Shown here one piece after another: positions 44,550 to 49,681 of a stretch of DNA of 49,681 nucleotides. The DNA comes from an uncultured Chitinophaga sp. GTDB taxonomy: Bacteria > Bacteroidota > Bacteroidia > 2-12-FULL-35-15. Both the position numbers and the translations under genes were made by a program. The notes beneath the pieces were generated by a model. It did no database searches, was not told where the DNA came from, and saw nothing but the letters and a program-made list of their open reading frames with translations. Numbering within the stretch: position 1 is the first letter of the stretch; every line of letters starts with the position of its first letter. Location of the stretch: assembly GCA_964456225.1 (NCBI GenBank), contig CAYWAV010000006.1, positions 5,030 through 54,710 of the forward strand, read 5' to 3'.

Positions 44550-47500
44550 TTAATACACAATGATCTTTTTCACTACATCTTGTTTGTCGTTTGTTAATGT
44601 AATTGTGTAGACGCCTTTACCGTATTCCACAACGCTAAATGGTTTTCTATATGCACCTGAGTAGTTTTTTAATTCTTCTTTATAAATCAACTGACCTAAG
44701 GCGTTTGTTAATTCCAATGTATAGGTTCCTTTATCTAAAACATTGAATGAAACATTAAAGTTTCCATCATTTGGATTTGGATAGATGCTCAAAAAATAAG
44801 GGTTGCTGACATCTTCAATTCCAACATTAGAAATAACTTCCGGAGCCGATTCGGCAGATGAACAAGAACCTGTTGTTACAACTACTGTATACGTTCCGTT
44901 TACAGTGAATGTATAGTTCTGGTTGGTTTCACCCGCAATTAATACTCCATTTAAATACCATTGATTTCCGGTAGCAGAACTGGATGTTAATGTTGTTCCG
45001 GATACAGAAATTGTTGGTGTTGCAGGAGTTGGATTTACAACCATTGTGATTCCTGTGCTAGTTCCTGTTAAAGGACTAGCACATGTTGCATTGGATGTAA
45101 CGATACATGTTACCACGTCTCCGTTTGCAAGTGCTGAGGTTGAATATGTTGTTCCTCCTGTTCCAACATTGCTTCCATTTACTTGCCACTGATAGGTTGG
45201 TGTTGTTCCACCGTTTGTTGGTGTTGCAGTAAACATTACTGAATCACCTGAACAAATTGCACCACTTGGAATTGCAGCAACACCTACAGCAGGGGTAACC
45301 ATTGGATTTACAGTCATTGTTATTCCACTTGATGTTGCCGTTGTTGTTGATGGACATATTGCATTGGATGTCATAATACAAGTTACAATATCTCCATTTA
45401 CAAGAGTTGTACTTGTATAAGTTGTTCCACCTGTTCCAACATTACTTCCATTCACTTGCCATTGATAGGTTGGAGTTGTTCCACCGTTTGTTGGACTTGC
45501 CGTAAATGCTACGGATGTTCCAACACAAATTGCTCCTGACGGACTTGCAGCGACACTTACAGAAGGAACAACAACAGGGTTAACTGTCATTGTAATTGCG
45601 TTGGATGTTGCTGTAGTTGGACTAGCGCAAGTGGAGCTAGATGTTAAAATACATGTTACAATTTGTCCGTTTGTTAAAGTACTACTTGTATAAGTTGTTC
45701 CACCTGTTCCAACGTTGCTTCCGTTCACTTGCCATTGATAAGTTGGTGTAGTTCCACCTCCACCTGAACTAGCAGTAAATGTTACAGATGTTCCTGCGCA
45801 AATTGCTCCTGAAGGACTAGCAACTATAGCATTTGTTGGTACAACACTAGAACTAACGGCAACTATTGTTGTTCCGGCAACACTTGTACAACCTGCAACG
45901 GTAACTGTTACACTGTATGTTCCAGCCATAACTGCTGTAGCAGAAGGACGAGAAGGATCTTCCAAAGTAGATGTAAATGCACTTGGTCCCGTCCAGCTAT
46001 ATGTTGCACCAGCAACAGTGTTAGACGTTAACAAAATTGTTGAGCCCAAACATACGGGAGAATTGCTTCCTGCTGTTGGTGATGCAGGAATTGGATTTAC
46101 CACAATGGTAACTGTTCCTGCTAAACTTGTACAACCACCAACTGTTACGGTTAATGAATATGTTCCACCCATTGCAGTTGTAACACTTGTTAATGCTGGA
46201 GGATTACGAACTCCTGCTGCATAACTATTTGGTCCGGTCCAACTATAAGTTGCACCTGTTACTGTTGGCGTTGTTAAAGTAATGGTTCCACCAGCACAAA
46301 TTGCGGCAGGGGCTGTACTTCCATTAGCACTAGGAACGGGAGTTGCGGGCAAGGCGTTTACAACAACCGTTGTTGTTGCCATTGTACTTGTGCAACCTCC
46401 TACGGTTACCGTCAAGCTATATGTTCCTGCCATTGCAAGTGTTGCAGATGGGCGCGTTGGGTCTTCTAAAGAAGAAGTAAATGCTGCAGGTCCTGTCCAA
46501 GAATAAGTTGCACCGGCAATTGTATTTGATGTTAAACTGATTGTTGAGCCAACACAATCAGGAGAACTACTTCCAACGGTTGGTGTTGCAGGAGCCGTGT
46601 TTACAACAACGGTTGTTGTTGCTACTGCACTTGTACAACCACCAACGGTTACCGTTAAACTATATGTTCCTGCCATAACTGCTGTAGCGGATGGACGAGT
46701 TGGGTCTTCTAAAGCAGAAGTAAATGCACTCGGGCCGGTCCAGCTGTATGTTGCTCCGGCAACAGTGTTTGATGTCAATAAAATTGTTGAACCAACACAA
46801 ACCGGAGAATTACTTCCTGCGGTTGGAGTTGCAGGGGCTGCGTTTACAACAACTGTTGTTGTTGCTATTGCACTTGTACAACCACCAACGGTTACTGTTA
46901 AGCTATACGTTCCTGCCATAACTGCTGTAGCGGATGGACGAGTTGGATCTTCCAAAGCTGAAGTAAACGCACCTGGACCGGTCCAGCTATAAGTTGCTCC
47001 AGCAACGGTGTTTGATGTCAATAAAATTGTAGAACCAGCACACACAGGAGAATTGCTTCCAGCTGTTGGGGTTGCTGGAGCGGTGTTTACAACAACCGTT
47101 GTAGTTGCTATTGCACTTGTACAGCCACCAACGGTTACTGTTAAACTATACGTTCCTGCCATACCTGCTGTGGCGGATGGACGAGTTGGATCTTCCAAAG
47201 CAGAAGTAAACGCACTCGGTCCTGTCCAGCTGTATGTTGCTCCCGCAACGGTATTCGATGTCAATAAAATTGTTGAACCAACACAAACCGGAGAGTTGCT
47301 TCCAGCTGTTGGGGTTGCTGGCGCTGTGTTTACAACAACCGTTGTTGTTGCGATTGCGCTTGTACAGCCACCAACGGTTACTGTTAAACTATACGTTCCC
47401 GCCATACCAGCTGTAGCAGATGGACGTGTTGGATCTTCCAAAGCAGAAGTAAATGCACTCGGGCCGGTCCAGCTATATGTTGCCCCGGCAACGGTGTTTG

Positions 47501-49681
47501 ATGTCAATAATATAGTTGACCCAACACAAACCGGAGAGTTACTTCCTGCAGTTGGAGTTGATGGTAAGGCGTTTACCACAACAGATGTTGTTGCAACTAA
47601 ACTTGTACATCCACCAACGGTAACCGTTAAACTATAGGTTCCTGCCATTGCAAGAGTAGTTGCCGGACGAGTTGGATCTTCTAAAGCAGAAGTAAAAGCA
47701 CTTGGACCGGTCCAGCTATAAGTTGCACCCGCAACAGTGTTTGATGTTAAATTGATGGTTGCGCCAACACAAACCGGAGAGTTGCTTCCTGCTGTAGGAG
47801 TTGACGGGATTGCATTCACTGTCATTGTAATTGCATTGGATGTTGCCGGGCTTCCTATTACTCCACCAAGACTTGAAGTCATAATACAAGTAACAATATT
47901 CCCGTTTGCCAAAGTTGTTGAAGTAAATGTTGATGAAGTTGCACCACCCACGTTCACTCCATTGATTTGCCATTGGTATGTTGGAGTTGCACCGCCATTT
48001 GTAGGAGTTGCTGTAAATGTTGCAGAAGCTCCGGCACACATTGGATTTGTTCCTGTGGTTTGAGCAATTACAACACTTGCAACAGGAGCTCCTGTTCCAG
48101 TTATATTTATATTGTCGAGGTACATCATTTGTCCCCATCCTGATCTGTTTTGGAATTTCACCATTACGTTTGCCATACCAGCATATGGAGTCATGCTTAC
48201 TGTTTCTGTTCTCCATTGTGCTGCAGTAGGAACAAACACGGTTGTGGCATTATCAGGAGCTGTTTGAAGTCCTGTAAATCCGCCTCTATTATACACTGCT
48301 GTCCATGTAGTACCACAATCAGTACTCACAAAAACTCTTAATGAATCTGTGTATACAGCGCTGTATCTGCAATAGGCAACATCAAACGTCATTGTTGCCG
48401 TAGAAACTCCAGTAAAATTATATTTCGGAGTTACCATTTCATCAATATATCCAGCAGTGGATGTTGCAGGAGTTAAATTGTCCATTGCAGCACATTGTGT
48501 ACTTGTTCCAAATCCGCCACAGGCAGTAGTTTGCGCCCAGGTAAAATCAGCATCCGGATTTATCAATTGCCAGCCCGGAGGAATAAATGTTGCCTGAAAT
48601 CCTTCGACCAGAGGCAATGCGATTGGAGAAGAAACGGTTATATAAGCCGTTTTTGTTTCCGTATCACTTCCGTTTGCGTTAGTAGAAATCAACGTAACAG
48701 TATATGTTCCTGCTGTGTTATAACAAATGTTTGTAGGGTTTTGAGTTGTGGATGTTCCAGGAGTTCCCCCAGTGAATGTCCAGGCCCATGAAGTTGGTGT
48801 TCCCGTTGATAAATCTGTAAAGTTGATACAATCACCCACACAAATATTTGTTCTGTTGGCTGTAAAATCCGCTACAGGAGGAGATGTTCCCGGTGATGCT
48901 AAATCCGATTGCCAAATACTACGACCATAAGTTGCGGCTCTAAGTTTTGCAGCTGTGTATTGAATTTCTAATTCTCTTACAGACACATTTGGTAAGCCTG
49001 TATTGTAAGCAGCCCAAGAACCAGCTGTATTGTCGCGATAATAAACGCCAACATCCGTTCCAACATAAAGCGGATCGTTTATTGAACTTCCTTGATAAAC
49101 TATACAGTTTGCTGGCAAATTTGGTAAGCCTGTTGTATAATTACTCCATGTTACTCCTGCATCGGCTGAATACCAAACTTTGTTTGCAGCAGAATATCCT
49201 GAGAAAGTAACCCACACTCTGTTTGCATTTAATGGATCAACAGCAATGTATGTAATGGCTGCAGAAGCTGTAGGAAGTCCTGCTGTTCTATCAACAAAAG
49301 CCGCACCAGTAGTACAAACGTAAAATCTATTTATTTTTGCTGCATAAATATAATTGATATTTGAAGCTGCATTTGCGAGTGCAATTACATTTCCTGTTCC
49401 ACCAGAAATTGTTCCCACCTGCGCCCATGTTGCTCCGCTATTGGTACTTCTGAAAACTTGAGCTTTACCAACAAATAAAGTGGCTGCATTACTTGGTGCT
49501 TCTATGTATGGAGTTACCCAATCGCCATCTGCATCTACACCTGTTCCACCACTTGCAACAATTCCTGTTGTATAATTTCCTCCAGTTGTGGTTTTTCTAA
49601 TGTCACCATAATACAACTCTCCGTATTGAACATTCGCATTCGACCAATCAATAATACACTCCATTCCGTCTCCACCCAAAG
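44550..49681 (-). CDS. Large T9SS-secreted surface protein (BNR/sortilin-like propeller, PKD, MAM/cleaved-adhesin-like domain, Ig-like repeats, type A CTD); 5' end beyond right edge
   Basis: Asp-boxes STNSGATW, SADAGVTW; AATYGRSIW; PKD FTDLSTG.PTSWAWTF; IYPNPNDG...NALGQ...GVY...KKIIVY. Confidence 0.93.
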   Translation of the reverse strand, partial: LGGDGMECIIDWSNANVQYGELYYGDIRKTTTGGNYTTGIVASGGTGVDADGDWVTPYIEAPSNAATLFVGKAQVFRSTNSGATWAQVGTISGGTGNVIALANAASNINYIYAAKINRFYVCTTGAAFVDRTAGLPTASAAITYIAVDPLNANRVWVTFSGYSAANKVWYSADAGVTWSNYTTGLPNLPANCIVYQGSSINDPLYVGTDVGVYYRDNTAGSWAAYNTGLPNVSVRELEIQYTAAKLRAATYGRSIWQSDLASPGTSPPVADFTANRTNICVGDCINFTDLSTGTPTSWAWTFTGGTPGTSTTQNPTNICYNTAGTYTVTLISTNANGSDTETKTAYITVSSPIALPLVEGFQATFIPPGWQLINPDADFTWAQTTACGGFGTSTQCAAMDNLTPATSTAGYIDEMVTPKYNFTGVSTATMTFDVAYCRYSAVYTDSLRVFVSTDCGTTWTAVYNRGGFTGLQTAPDNATTVFVPTAAQWRTETVSMTPYAGMANVMVKFQNRSGWGQMMYLDNINITGTGAPVASVVIAQTTGTNPMCAGASATFTATPTNGGATPTYQWQINGVNVGGATSSTFTSTTLANGNIVTCIMTSSLGGVIGSPATSNAITMTVNAIPSTPTAGSNSPVCVGATINLTSNTVAGATYSWTGPSAFTSALEDPTRPATTLAMAGTYSLTVTVGGCTSLVATTSVVVNALPSTPTAGSNSPVCVGSTILLTSNTVAGATYSWTGPSAFTSALEDPTRPSATAGMAGTYSLTVTVGGCTSAIATTTVVVNTAPATPTAGSNSPVCVGSTILLTSNTVAGATYSWTGPSAFTSALEDPTRPSATAGMAGTYSLTVTVGGCTSAIATTTVVVNTAPATPTAGSNSPVCAGSTILLTSNTVAGATYSWTGPGAFTSALEDPTRPSATAVMAGTYSLTVTVGGCTSAIATTTVVVNAAPATPTAGSNSPVCVGSTILLTSNTVAGATYSWTGPSAFTSALEDPTRPSATAVMAGTYSLTVTVGGCTSAVATTTVVVNTAPATPTVGSSSPDCVGSTISLTSNTIAGATYSWTGPAAFTSSLEDPTRPSATLAMAGTYSLTVTVGGCTSTMATTTVVVNALPATPVPSANGSTAPAAICAGGTITLTTPTVTGATYSWTGPNSYAAGVRNPPALTSVTTAMGGTYSLTVTVGGCTSLAGTVTIVVNPIPASPTAGSNSPVCLGSTILLTSNTVAGATYSWTGPSAFTSTLEDPSRPSATAVMAGTYSVTVTVAGCTSVAGTTIVAVSSSVVPTNAIVASPSGAICAGTSVTFTASSGGGGTTPTYQWQVNGSNVGTGGTTYTSSTLTNGQIVTCILTSSSTCASPTTATSNAITMTVNPVVVPSVSVAASPSGAICVGTSVAFTASPTNGGTTPTYQWQVNGSNVGTGGTTYTSTTLVNGDIVTCIMTSNAICPSTTTATSSGITMTVNPMVTPAVGVAAIPSGAICSGDSVMFTATPTNGGTTPTYQWQVNGSNVGTGGTTYSTSALANGDVVTCIVTSNATCASPLTGTSTGITMVVNPTPATPTISVSGTTLTSSSATGNQWYLNGVLIAGETNQNYTFTVNGTYTVVVTTGSCSSAESAPEVISNVGIEDVSNPYFLSIYPNPNDGNFNVSFNVLDKGTYTLELTNALGQLIYKEELKNYSGAYRKPFSVVEYGKGVYTITLTNDKQDVVKKIIVY
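45850..47810 (-). repeat. Eight tandem ~81-aa (243-bp) Ig-like coding repeats, the 7th divergent
   Basis: TPTAGSNSPVC.GSTILLTSNTVAGATYSWTGP...GTYSLTVTVGGCTS; flanked by one plus three repeats of a second class (PTYQWQ.NG). Confidence 0.93.

Noticed and set aside
45850-47810. Diversity-generating retroelement TR/VR pair
   Set aside because: Differences are mostly synonymous and not adenine-specific; no reverse transcriptase in the window
46018-48930. Repetitive plus-strand and alternate-frame ORFs
   Set aside because: Shadows of the T/V/G/A-rich coding repeats

Overview
AT-rich Bacteroidota chromosome segment (TAnnTTTG promoters, T9SS cargo). (1) 1 to ~13.95 kb is the right part of an integrated element ending in a 3'-half tRNA-Asn(GTT) att copy. 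It carries a tyrosine integrase, HTH/excisionase-like genes, a three-part VirE-N/primase-DUF3987 replication module, an AntA-type antirepressor, a serine resolvase, and cargo including a secreted alpha/beta hydrolase cut by the left edge. No relaxase, T4SS or capsid gene is visible. (2) 14-28 kb is core: kup, the exbB-exbD-exbD-tonB-PstS-like-TPR operon, two dedA paralogs and a dicarboxylate/amino acid symporter. (3) 28-43.3 kb is a complete nuoA-N operon on the minus strand. 12 of its 13 junctions carry palindromic or repeat elements, often as hairpin-miniORF-hairpin cassettes. Three foreign genes are inserted, and one cassette appears fused in frame to form the NuoD N-terminus. (4) A YoeB-type TA pair and a large repeat-rich T9SS surface protein cut by the right edge. 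All family assignments are by eye from motifs; no searches were run.
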